From Chrysomallon squamiferum (Eukaryota > Animalia > Mollusca), in contig CM022669.1 in the NCBI GenBank assembly GCA_012295275.1, positions 12,090,001-12,154,000 of the forward strand: a stretch of 64,000 nt of DNA. Reading direction: 5' to 3'. Within the stretch, counting starts at the first letter, position 1. The number at the start of each line of letters is the position of its first letter. Position numbers and translations under genes: made by a program. Shown in pieces: positions 25,484 through 53,081 of the stretch. The notes beneath the pieces are model-generated. The model did no database searches. It was not told the origin of the DNA and saw nothing but the letters and a program-made list of their open reading frames with translations.

Positions 25484-26123
25484 TATAAATAAATAAATAA
25501 ATAATAACAGTAACAACAATAATAACAGTAATAAAATAGAATTAAATCTCAAACTAGAGATTTTTAAAAATTTAGCTATATCCTGAATCTGCTTTTCTTT
25601 TTTTTTTTGTTTAATCTTCACTTCACAAAATTTACATTAGACGCGTACACCGAAATTGTTTAAAAAACAAATATTTAGTTAGACTTACCTGCATCACACT
25701 TGCAAGTGCTATCACACATTTCACCTTTCTGAGCCTTTCCAGGTACACATGTTCCTGAGTGAGTTTGCCCAAATTCAGGTCCGCCTACGACACAAACCTT
25801 ATATTAATTCTTCATGTGCTTCAATTAAGCGACAAAATTAACATTCCCCCTACCCCATTATTTTAAAGTTTATTCAGTACGAAATGACGTCATCATACAA
25901 CACATCCATAATATTATTCATCTAGATATTACAGAATATATTTTTCCGAAATATAATAGTAATACATTCTTATTTCAATAATATTAATGATATTAAAAGT
26001 AGTAGTAGTAGCAGCAGCAGTACTAGTAGTACTAACAGCAATACCAGTAGCAGTAACATTAGAGCAGTGATTATTAGTATTAATAAACAATATTTTTACA
26101 TTATTGTATTAATTAATTAATTA

Positions 26124-26162
<39 letters not shown>

Positions 26163-27000
26163 CAGTTTTAAACCTACCGAACGGACCTCCGGGACCGTTG
26201 CCTTCTGCAGTTGAAATCACGTGATTGTTAGAATCACGGCAGCAGTGATTTGCACCGCACGAATAAGAACTGGTACATGTTTCTGCAGCCTAAACAGATT
26301 GTAAATAAAACAGATTAATGCAGTAATACAGACTAACAAAAAATATAAAAGAATAGTTAATAAAAATGTAAAAGAAAACAAAAGAAACTATATAAATAAC
26401 TAGATGAATAAAAATTATATAAATAGTTAAAATAAAATAAACGATTCAATGAACAGTTATAATGTTGAATATCGTTAATAAAGGTTTTTTATTTGTTTGT
26501 TTTATTTTCGATTTATATTAAGTTTAACATACTTTATCATCATTATTCTAAATAAAATATAAATAAATAAAAATTAATAATAATAATACCATGGCCTACG
26601 CATTTATCTTGCCAAAAGATTATCTACATCTGACATAAATCATGCCAGCTATGAGTCAGATAAATGTACCAGCTGGAATAGCAGCAGCAGCAACAACAAC
26701 AAACAACAACAACAACAATACTAAATAGATTTGTAAACATTTTATAAATACGGAGACCTTCGAGACAGGGAAAGATTATGTCAGATTTATTGAATAGCTA
26801 ACAGCCGTTTTGTTTGGGGTTGGTTTTATTTTATTTATTTATTTATTTATTTATATTTTATATTTTTTATTATTTTTTTTTGGGGGGAGGGAGGGGGAGG
26901 GGGCATGGCAAATTAATAAATAGAATTAACAAACAAAAAAATATAAGAAAGAAAAAAAGCTTATTTACCTGTGTGCCGCTTATAATTATAGCCTGAAATG

Positions 27001-27036
<36 letters not shown>

Positions 27037-27216
27037 TAATGATAAACATTAAACCACTAAATATACACGTATAATTGATAGAATTTATGATCAGTAACAT
27101 GCACTGCTTTTATATTATGAAAATTGATATTAAATATTATACAAAGAATAATCGAATTATATTAATTCAAATTTTTAAATTTTATAATAACAATAATACT
27201 AATCAAAAACATCAAT

Positions 27217-27254
<38 letters not shown>

Positions 27255-27441
27255 AATTAATTAATTAAATTACAATAACTAATAATTATGATATAACAAT
27301 AATATTCATTTTTATAATACAAATCTAAAACAAATTTCTTTTTAATAATAAAATTTAAAAAGAAGAAAAAAAGGAAAGAAACAACAACAACAACAACAAT
27401 CAACTTACGGACACAAAAATAAAAGCAGCTTGTCGATACAT
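23542..27441 (-). CDS. Secreted 14-cysteine protein, prokineticin/colipase(MIT/AVIT)-like framework, 132 aa
   Basis: Exons 27409-27441, 26969-26992, 26178-26289, 25689-25784, 23542-23675 have GT-AG ends and join in phase (399 nt): MYRQAAFIFVSAIIISGTQA-AETCTSSYSCGANHCCRDSNNHVISTAEGNGPGGPFGGPEFGQTHSGTCVPGKAQKGEMCDSTCKCDAGLSCYRPMSGICCPPSTCVDAAYAEKQREYWANCFSDPKCALPV*. Kozak-like GCCATG and hydrophobic signal peptide. Not present in the ORF track. Fold assignment is from Cys spacing only. Confidence 0.88.
24314..24609. mobile_element. Degenerate Charlie/hAT-type non-autonomous DNA transposon in intron 4 of the Cys-rich gene
   Basis: Left end CAGGGGTGCCC, right end GGGCAGCCCCA (decayed inverted repeat), internal GCGAGCTAC/GATCTACC/GCGATCTACC subterminal motifs; TSD not clean. 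Confidence 0.55.
25320..25480. repeat. (AAT)n/(AGT)n compound microsatellite
   Basis: Read directly; source of the spurious poly-Leu ORF 25250-25621. Confidence 0.95.
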
Positions 27442-27864
27442 GGCGTTAGGCGTTTGTGCATCCGCGACAGCGCGCGCAAGCTGACGTTTTCACTGACTGT
27501 TCCAAATACATATTAATTAGATAAGGATTTATTTATAAACTTTAAAGTCACGACGTTTTCTGACAAGGGAAGACACTGACCTCGTTAGGAACAGATTGAA
27601 AAAACAAATACAAATTGAAAAAATTATATTTACAGAAAGATTTACAGTTATAATTTAAAATTTTATATGGTTTTTTCCTTATTTTATTTATTTATTTGTT
27701 TTACTTTTATTACTTCATTAGTGTAATTCTCAGTATTTTTACATTCTCAAAAAGCCAAGAATAACGAAGATAACATGTCTAAATTTGTACTGCTCTTGTT
27801 CACCGATAAGAAACATGAAAGGTAACCTTCTGACTTTGAAATGCTTTATAGACTTATTATGTGT

Positions 27865-27907
<43 letters not shown>

Positions 27908-28186
27908 TTAATATTATTGCATAGTACAACATCATATGCTCCATTTCATAACCGGATCTCGATACATTACAACAAAAGGAAAAATATTTGAAACCTGCTG
28001 AATTGAGTAATAAATGTTAAAACGAAAACCATTAATCAAGGACATGTTTACGAATAAATAAAACAGACGACAATGTATAAATACAAGAATAAATAAATAA
28101 TAAAAAAAACAATAAATTAAGACAAAACATGAATACTGCAATAAAAGTTACTGCATCAAGCTAGACTTAAAAATGTAGGATGTAGT

Positions 28187-28548
28187 CAGGGTCGGCGCTA
28201 TCATATATGCAAACTTGGAAGCCGCCTGGGGCGCTGATTTCTGGGAGCGCATTTCTCCAAATCAACAACAGCATTGAAAAATAAATAAATTTCGGTTTTA
28301 CTGAAACCAAACTAAGGGCGGTAACTCCTTATTTTAATGGTATAAACAAGGGGGAAGAAATGACCTGTGTATGGTATTAACTGTCCGTAACCGAAAAATC
28401 TTGCCTGTAGAGATCGCATACGATGTTGAAAATAAATGGTTTTAAAATACTGTTGATAAATTTTGAATCTGATATTTTCCTGGAGGGGGGGTGGGGCGCC
28501 AGAATCTAAACTTTGCCTAGGGAGCCATATGGTCTGGCGCAAGCCCTG
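28187..28548. mobile_element. hAT-type MITE between the divergent Cys-rich and TM2D3 genes
   Basis: Imperfect TIRs CAGGGTCGGCGCTA / TGGCGCAAGCCCTG; 8-bp flanks GATGTAGT and GGTATAGT (6/8 match) consistent with an aged TSD. Confidence 0.65.
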
Positions 28549-29225
28549 GGTATAGTGACGTCTCCTTCTAAACACGTTAAGGCGAAGTGAGGTTTTGCGA
28601 AGAAGAAATAAGCTAATAAGCTATAAGTGATGAAAACAACAAACATTTATTTAAACACCCAACATAGACATTTGTACACTTAAGCCAAAATTCAGTACTT
28701 TTGCGGTCAGTGGTTAACAGTTTTTCGAATTTTATCTGTCATCCATTTTTAGAAAACAAGCAATGTTTGGTCCGTCCTACATAATCCTCATTAGGTCGTT
28801 CATTGTGTTATGGTTCATTTTTTAATTATGACGTTTATAAGTTAATTTAATTCGAATACAAGTTTATTGTCCGTGTCTCTAATTACAAAGAGCAAAAGAG
28901 TGCATTTTTGAAGTAGTCATGTAGCGGATCACGTGATAAAACATCCGTCTCAAAAGTATTCGGTCGTAGATAAAAACTCTGTATCTGTTAACTGAATGGC
29001 GTGAGAAGATTTGTGTTTGTTGTCATTAAACATTTTCAGTGAGGCTCGCGGAGGAAACAAAACAAATAAAGCCTATTAATGATCTTTACTCTTGGTAACT
29101 GAAAGCACTGAATGCGCGTTAGAACGTACAAAAAACGCGAGTATTTTGCCCACGTTGTTCCTTAGCTTGAACCCTGATATCTAACACTTGTATATTGACA
29201 TCAGTTAAATAATTTCTTAAAATAG

Positions 29226-29257
<32 letters not shown>

Positions 29258-29565
29258 ATAATAATAATAATAGTGATAATAGTGATAAACGGGTTTTGAC
29301 ACAAACTAAACATGAATGAGTTGTACGTGTAACCTTTGGCAATTAGCGGGCACGACTGATTGATACGTATGTGTTTGGGTATGTGTGTGGGTTTGTGTGG
29401 ATGCGACTTCATAGATATTTATTTCTTTAAATATTTCTAAAATCAATTTTAATGGAAACTGATAGCGATTAAAGAATGTAATAATATATATAAATCTAAA
29501 AATATTCATAACTAAGTAAATAAATGTTTGAATTGCGATAGATTATTATAATACAGAAGAAAACC

Positions 29566-32510
29566 ATGTTCTTGCACTTGTTATGCTATTTTGTAAGTAT
29601 GTATAATAAACAATTTAATATTATCTATTCAACTAATGATTCCTTTAAGTTAACAGTGCTTTGGATATTAGCATCAGAAATTAAAAGTAATTAAATCATT
29701 ATAAATAGATTTTGAGGTCTTCTTTACGAATTATCTCCCCATTTTGTATGACAGCATTATCTCCCATTAGTTATGGTGGGAAACGAACAAAAATGGGTGA
29801 ACGTTATTATTCTAATTTTGGTTCAGGTTCTCAGTTCTTTGACATCAAACATAGATGGTATTAATATTATTATTATTATTACTATAATATTATTTATGTA
29901 AAAATACCAGAAGAGAACGACTGAATTTGACGTCTTATCAGTTACTCTGTTTATTCAGTAAATTACTGAGTAATTCTAATTCATTAAATGAGTAATTGTT
30001 ATCATTAATGATTAATCCATTATGATTTGTATGAAACGATTATTTATATTATGTCATTATGATAGTGATGGTTACTATGTATTTATCATACATTTTTTTA
30101 TATTATTATTATTATTATTATTATTATCATTCAGTCAGTATCGTCATTGAAAAAATGATTTATTTCCTTGTACAGAAGTATTTACTATATATTCATAATA
30201 TTGTCATCCTCAACCCTTTATGCTGTTTTGATCAAATTAGTGAGAATGACCTTTATAAGAGCACACTGTAATCACCTGATCAGTTTGATACTTTGTATCT
30301 CATTCAGTTAACATCAGATTCAGTCAATAAAATAATTATAGCATAAACTGATAAAGGTAAAATTAATATGCTTTTTCAACAAGACTGACGTTAGACTGGT
30401 AATGCTTTTATCAAATAATGGATTGATTTATTTTTGGTATAATTTTTAACATTTTTAAGAAAATTATTGTTTTAATTTAATTTGATTTACTATTATTATT
30501 AGTAGTAGTAGTAGTAGCATTATTTCTTTATTTGTTAAATCATTATTAGTGCAAATCTTTAAAAAGAAATTGTATCTTTTCTTAACTTTTTAATTTAATT
30601 TTTTTTTTTATTCATTTGGAGTATCTATGTAGTGTTTTTACACATATTTTGTATTTTATTTTATTTATTTATTTAAAAAAAAAAAATGGTAGGCAACACA
30701 GAAGATAATTCAGTATTGAGGATATCAACATCAACATCCACATCCACATCCACATCCACTGAAGTATCAACTTCATCATCATCATCTGCAGCTAACAACA
30801 AAACAGAAAAACCTAAACAAAGGTTACTGGTTTCTTCTCTGATAAACACCAGTGAGGTGTGTCCATCTGGAGTAGAATGCAGTATTCTTGGTGGAGACTG
30901 CATCTCGTGCATGTTCAATACATCCTGTGTTTATGGCAGTATCCAAACTGCTACATGTAGAGTGAGAAAAGGAGTTAACTGTACAGTAAGTACTGAATTT
31001 TTGTATTATATTATGTTTTATATATATATAAACACACATTCACAAATCAACAAGTGTTTTTTTAATGTGTTTTTTTATAAAGATACTATAAATTGTTGAA
31101 ATTTTGAAAATACTTTTCTAAAAAAGCCATTTTATTCGAATTTTAAATTATAAAAAATTAGGAATTATAGTTTGAATAAAATAATTTTATAGGAAATATA
31201 TTAAATCAAATTGCTAGCAATCTGATTGATTAATAATTAAAAAGAAACAATGTTCAAAAACAAAAATTAATAGATTACTTTCAGTCACACTAAAGGGAAC
31301 TTAACATAATATAATGTTTATCATTTTCTAAAATGATATATATCTTTTTTCTTCCAAATTATCTCTGGACATTAGGGTAACCACACATTTGAAAGAACAT
31401 ATCATTGTCGATACTGTTACCAGCTAGATTCCTGGCAGTACACATGTAATGCATCTTTGTGTCAAATAAACATTCCAAGGAAAACCTGGCCTGCAAGGCC
31501 TTTCTATACATCTCTGTGCACAGCAAAACATGAAGTTATCTGTATGGGTAAGTTTCATATGTATAAATGCATTATGCTGTAGGTCTTGACAACCAACATT
31601 ATTGTCTGATAATAAGCTAGTTTCAGTAATTCTGGGGAATATTGTTTTATTCTAAAAACAAAATGTAAATAAAAAAAAGAAAAAAAGATTTATTAAGAAA
31701 TCCTTGTTTTTGTGTGTGTGTGTGGTTTTTACAGATTAATACTTTTCAAGACAAGTTTTAAAGATCAGGGTAACAATTTAAAAAAAAACATTTGTCAGTA
31801 GGATAACCCATAATAATTCCTAACATCAAGTACTGTTTTTAATTTGTTTTGTATTTTTTTGTAAATGCTGACAGAATTGTGTACATTCTTTTAGGAAGAA
31901 GAAGATTTTACAAACAACGACTGTGTAATTGGACTAGAGGATACAAATGGTCTACTGCATTTATTCTGAGGTATTATTTCTTAATTAGCAGATGACACAT
32001 TTGTTAATTTCTTTTATTGTTCATAATGTGCTGCAACTAAGTTTACCAATGTTTACAGGTTTAATCAACCAATATGTTTGCATTATCAAAATCAGCAGTT
32101 AAGATAACTTACTTGTAAAGAAACTTTGTGTAATAATTTCTGAGCTATTATTTTTATCTTTTATTTTTCATTATTATTTTTTTTAAGTAACTGTTGTAGA
32201 TTTTAAAGGACATAAGACTAAATATTTTAATGTTAGAAAATCATTAAAAAATACTCCTGAAAAAAACCCAGCCATTGTGTAATCAGTATCAGTTCTGTTG
32301 CTTTATAATTATTTGAAAACGTCCATTTGTATTTAATATTCCAGTGTCACACTTGGAGGTTTTGGGGCAGACAGGTTTTATCTCGGTCTCTGGCGAGAAG
32401 GAATCGGAAAACTGTTTAGTTTTGGTGGTCTTGGTGTGTGGACATTGGTCGATGCCATCCTTATAGCTGTGGGTTATGTTGGGCCTGCTGACGGTTCAGT
32501 GTACATATGA
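29566..32510 (+). CDS. TM2D3: TM2 domain-containing protein 3 (almondex)
   Basis: Exons 29566-29592 and 29827-29857 (signal peptide MFLHLLCYFVLSSLTSNIDG; less certain), 30693-30985, 31376-31547, 31895-31970, 32345-32510. Cys-rich ectodomain (CRYCYQ, CNWTRGYKWSTAFILS) and TM2 domain TLGGFGADRFYLGLWREGIGKLFSFGGLGVWTLVDAILIAVGYVGPADGSVYI*. Confidence 0.92.
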
Positions 32511-33564
32511 TTAAAACGACATTTTTTTATTTCTTGTTTATCTTAAATCAAATATTACCTAAACCACATATTTTTCAAGAAGGTGGATTTTTGTACAAAT
32601 GTGTATGTGTGTAAGTTGTGTATGTAAAAGACAAGACCAGTCACACATTTGATAAAAATAAAAATTTATTTAAATGCCAGGTTAATGATAACAATGCATG
32701 TTTAACAAAATTCGTGTTATTTACACAGTAACAGATTTTCACATTCTAGACTCATCTGATCCTGAATAATTAAAATTAGTCTGGCCCTTTTAGCACTAAT
32801 AAAAAGAAATGAAGTCACGTAACTAATCAGTGTATAAATGTAGATGATACTATTATTTATGCTTTGTTGTGATAATTTATTTGAAATTTTGGTTTTATAA
32901 TTGGTTTTATTTAAATGTGTTCTCAAGAGGATTCTTTATTTTTTTTATTTTTTTTTTTTTTTTTTAAATTAATAATTGTAATAAAATATGTAAATATATA
33001 TAGAAAATTCTCTGTATAAATAAAAATATGTAGTTTTTACAAAATTCATATTACAACAGTTAATAAAAAAATATTGTAAATGAGTATTTTTTCAGACTGT
33101 TATTAACATCTATAAACAGAAAACTGTTCTCAATAATTTTTATGTTGCAACTATTTCAGATAATTAAACATTACACAATAGTATATACCATGAGGGAATG
33201 CACAATAGAATTTAATTTTAATTAACTTTTGCTAATGAATGTGATGGTATATTTTACCCAATAAAGTAACAATACCTGAAAAATTATGCATAATAATTAC
33301 TCTGAAAGTTGCGGAAAGATCAACATCATCAACATGAACAAGTCTTTGTAACTTGTCTTGCTTTTTAAATTTTATTGTTAAACTGCATTTAAAATAATGC
33401 ACGAAAACTGAAATTTATAGCTCAGTGACATAGATAATATATTTAACTGAACTTTTCTGAACTAAAAAGAGTTCATTGGAATAAGGTTCCAACTTTTCAA
33501 ACACTGGTAGTCTGTTCGGAAAACCAAGGACAAATTTTCACATACAGTCAGTTTCCTGACTGTC

Positions 33565-48744
<15,180 letters not shown>

Positions 48745-49057
48745 CTTTCTGCCTGCGTTCTCATATCACAACTGGGACTCGGGCTCGGACTCAAGCTTCT
48801 CTTTAGTTACTCTCCGGACATAATGTTGACAAATATGAAAGCGGAGGTATTTGTAATCTTTGTAAAATGTGAATTTTTATTTATAAAGATGACTAACATT
48901 CTACGTATTTTTGTGACTGTCAAACATAATTTATTACTCTTTTATATTTTTTTAAAATTGTTTTATAAAAATGTCTTTCTTTCTTTCTTTCTCTCTATTT
49001 TATTTTATTATATATTTATTTGTATTATGTGAGTGGGTGTCTCTGAATTTTTTTTTA

Positions 49058-49611
49058 TTATTAAACGTTGTCATCGATGTTTAGATCTGTTTATAGCATT
49101 TTATGACATGATTAATTGAATGGTTTCCGTATCTAGCTTTTAATAACTTTTCAAGTTAATCTGATCTGTTTTGATGTTTTTTTTAATTTATTTTTTATTT
49201 TTACTTGGCATAGCCAAAGAAATCACAATATGTGGAAAACAAAACGGAACAATAATAATAATTAAGGTGATGCTAATGAAGATAAATATTATTTGTTTGG
49301 TAAATATTCGGCTAACAAATAAAATCCCTTTGTTTAATTTTCCATATAGAATAAAAAAAAAAAGATCTAGATTAAATCAGAAGATACTTTACCGTATTGT
49401 TCTAGGATAAATTTGATATCAAGAGGGAAGGTGTTCCGTTTTGTTTTCCACATATTGTGATTTCTTTGGCAATGCCAATGAAAAAAAAAAAAAAAAAATC
49501 AAATTAAATTGAAAAGTTATTAAAAGCTACATACGGAAACCATTCAATTACTCATGGCATCTAAACATCATGCTCTAAACAGATCTAAACATCGATGACA
49601 ACGTTTAATAA
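49058..49611. repeat. Long inverted repeat / foldback element about 310 bp upstream of the AP5B1 ATG
   Basis: Arms 49058-49251 and 49432-49611, spacer 180 bp; e.g. TATTAAACGTTGTCATCGATGTTTAGATCTGTTTA and GCCAAAGAAATCACAATATGTGGAAAACAAAACGGAACA have exact reverse complements in the right arm. Confidence 0.9.
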
Positions 49612-50983
49612 AAAATAATAATTATTATTGTTGTTGTTACTGTTATTTTTGTTGTTGTTATTGTTGTTGTTGTTGTTGTTATTATTATTATTATTATTAT
49701 TATATTGTTATTATATATTATTATTAATATTATCTCACTTTTTTATTATTATTATGTGAGAGATGGACATAAAACAGCTGTTACTTCATGGACTACAGAT
49801 ATCCATTAGCAGCATAACATATTTTATATGCATTTTCAGAAGAACGGAAATAATGTAATTATGACTATAATGCAGCAGGTCGCACACCAAGCTTTTATAA
49901 TTGCCACACTGGGCTTCTCCTTTTTTTCGCCAGTGCAAGATGCATTGTATCATTCAAACAGCCCGTACTTCAGTGAACGAACAATATTATTTAATCAAGA
50001 CTAATTCGTCGTTTGTAGTTGCTAGTTGTTGCTGGATTTGTTCGTTTTCTGTTCTTTTTACCGCCGGTTTTATTATTATTATTATTATTATTTTATTTTT
50101 ATTATTTTTTATTATTATTTATTTATATATTTATTTATGCCTACAATAACAGCGATATCATGTTATCACCAATCTTTTTTATTTATTTATACATGTAGTC
50201 TAATCAAAACATCTATTTACGTTTTCACAAGAAATTAGAAGAATAATAGATCTACATTTTAATCACTGCAACCATGCATAAAATAATAAAGTTTTGCTCG
50301 TACAGCCTTAATTTGAATTTCTAATGTGCAATGATTGAGCAGATTAATGTTGATACAAGTTAATTTAATTTCACGTCTGACACTACAAAACTGCAATAAA
50401 ACCAGCAGCCTTTTGTTACGTTGCAGACACACATTCAACAAACTTAATAAAATGTTGGAACGAATATAAAATAGAATAATAATCTAATAATAATTAAGCC
50501 GACCGCATTTATATTTAATTTAAGGCTGGTCATCGTTTTCAGAATAATTATATTAATAGCTATACCTTAAAAACATATATAGGCCTATAAACACAACGGA
50601 GAGTGTCGGAAACAGATTTTGAAAATGCAGATAGACATAAACGTAATTCTGTATTTTCTGTTCTATACGGAAGTATGTTGTACTTAAATTAGGCTTTAAT
50701 AAACGCGTCGTTTTCATTATCACCGACTCTCCCTCGGTTGGATACATTTGCAAGTGGCGCCAAAAGCTTATTTTCAGAATCGAAATTGGTTTTCCTAGGA
50801 GTATTAATAATTTTATTAGTTGTGTCGATGGTTCAGACTTGTCAGAGAGACATAAATGGATTAGATGAATAATCTTGTATCTCTTCCCCACTTTTTGGTT
50901 TTCTTCTTTATTTACTGGGCACTGGTGAAGGTTGTTTCGTTAAAATTATCTAGAAGATGGACTTTTTCTGACATACACCAAAA

Positions 50984-51055
<72 letters not shown>

Positions 51056-51391
51056 GCATAGTAAAAGAGATGATGATTTGATAGAAGTAAGAAATAGAAC
51101 ATGACTGAATTCGGAATAAAAAAAGAAAGAAAATAACAGACAAAATGTATTTAATTATTTTACGAATACCTCCCAAAATAAAATGTATAGCCAATAAAGC
51201 AAAAGAGAGAGTTAAAAAAAAAAAAAAAAAAATTAAAATGAATATTGTGCATTTCTAATGCCTTAATAGGGCGTGGATCTTAAATCAACCGTTGTCTATA
51301 TGAACCCACACTGCTCATGAATACAAACGTTTTATAATGTTATTTTTGCCAAAGGGCAAATAAAAGAAAAAGTTATCTATTTTCTTTCTTT

Positions 51392-51422
<31 letters not shown>

Positions 51423-51441
51423 TTATTATTATTATTATTAT

Positions 51442-51473
<32 letters not shown>

Positions 51474-52187
51474 TCTATTAAAGAAATAAAATACATTTTT
51501 TTTGTATCCCAAAAGATTTTCGATAGGATATTTTTCGTCACATGACTGTTGACCTAAACTCTTTTCGTGTCTGCCCGTAAACTTCCGGCCTACAAAACTG
51601 TTTTATTTCCACCCCACTTGATCGGTCCCTATTAATACAAATGAGTTGTTTTCAGAAAACGTGCTAGTCGACCAACAGGTGTGCAGTAATAAACCGATAA
51701 AAGTTTTCGAAGTGAAATATTTACGACTTCGAGTCATCAGCCCTGCGCGCAATCCAAACATCGACAGAATGTTCGAAATTTGCGAAATTAAAATGCCTAA
51801 AAATAGCATTTTCGCTTTTCAAGTCGAATTGTCGAGATATTTTTGAGTTTTCAAAAAATGCCATTTTTTAAATTTATTTATTATTATATTTTTTGACAGT
51901 ATGACCTACGATAAAAACAATTTGAAGTTAAAAATATTTTATACATTGAGGAAAAAAAAAAAAAAAAGAAGAAGAAAAGGTTGAAAGGAAGAACAGTAAT
52001 AGCATTGAACTTTTCTATTGTTATCAATTTCGATGATCATAGAATATATACTATTATGTGAAAAGATGAGGATTTATTATTATCATCATCATCGTCATCA
52101 TCTAAATAATTAATTACCTACTGTTACCTTTTTTAAATATAAATTATACACATATATTATAGTTCTCTCTCTATCACTCTGTTATAC

Positions 52188-52392
52188 CAGTGGCGTGCAG
52201 AGGGAGGCCGAAGGGGTAGTAGCCCTGGACATCCGAATGGGGGGGGGCTATCCAATCGGAGAAAATAAATTTACATATTCAAAATATCTTCCTTTCTGAT
52301 ATTCCTCATATTTCTAGGCCTTATACTTAAGTCTTTGGGGCATACAATCAAGTAGAGTGCCCTGGGCATCACCAGACCTCTGCACGCCACTG
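52188..52392 (+). mobile_element. Intact 205-bp hAT-superfamily MITE
   Basis: Perfect 16-bp TIR CAGTGGCGTGCAGAGG / CCTCTGCACGCCACTG and perfect 8-bp TSD TGTTATAC (52180-52187, 52393-52400). Confidence 0.93.
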
Positions 52393-52469
52393 TGTTATAC
52401 TAATATTGTATTTAATTATTTATTTATTGTAACAAGTGAGAATACTATAATTATATTTGTTATAATTTA

Positions 52470-52540
<71 letters not shown>

Positions 52541-52973
52541 TTTGTATTTATATCTTTATTGTCGTAGGTTCATTATAAACTGTAACTTCATGGATTCTCC
52601 ATCCTGGATAGAGAAATTAAGGCTCAATACAATTACTGTGATACGATTCGACAGGTATGAGATATCGATAATTACGCAAATGGCTGGAAACAGCAGTAAG
52701 TTGAACTATAGACTGTTACATAATAGTTGTACACAAAACCGGATGTTAAGATGCGAGTGGGTGAACCTTGGCTCCGTGAATTTGTTATCGGGGCTTGTTT
52801 ATCAATAATACATGTCAACTAAAGTACTGATATATAAGATAATAAGTTAATGTTGTCTCAAAAACTTGGACGTACTCTCTGACTTCGTTTTACATCCTAC
52901 GCATCACTGCTTGTCTCGACCGGCGTTTTATTTACCGCATTCTGTGACTCCTTTCTCTTCTCTGTTTATGAAT

Positions 52974-53081
<108 letters not shown>

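Noticed and set aside
25250-25621. Poly-Leu ORF and similar SLSL/ERER/THTH/poly-Ile ORFs throughout the track
   Set aside because: Translations of (AAT)n, (CT)n, (GA)n and (CA)n microsatellites; no coding signal.
28929-28936. TCACGTGA E-box (CLEAR-like) upstream of TM2D3
   Set aside because: Single site without GTCACGTGAC flanks and unknown TSS; insufficient support.
50553-50891. 112-aa minus-strand ORF and overlapping plus-strand open frame
   Set aside because: No recognisable motif or consistent splice partners.
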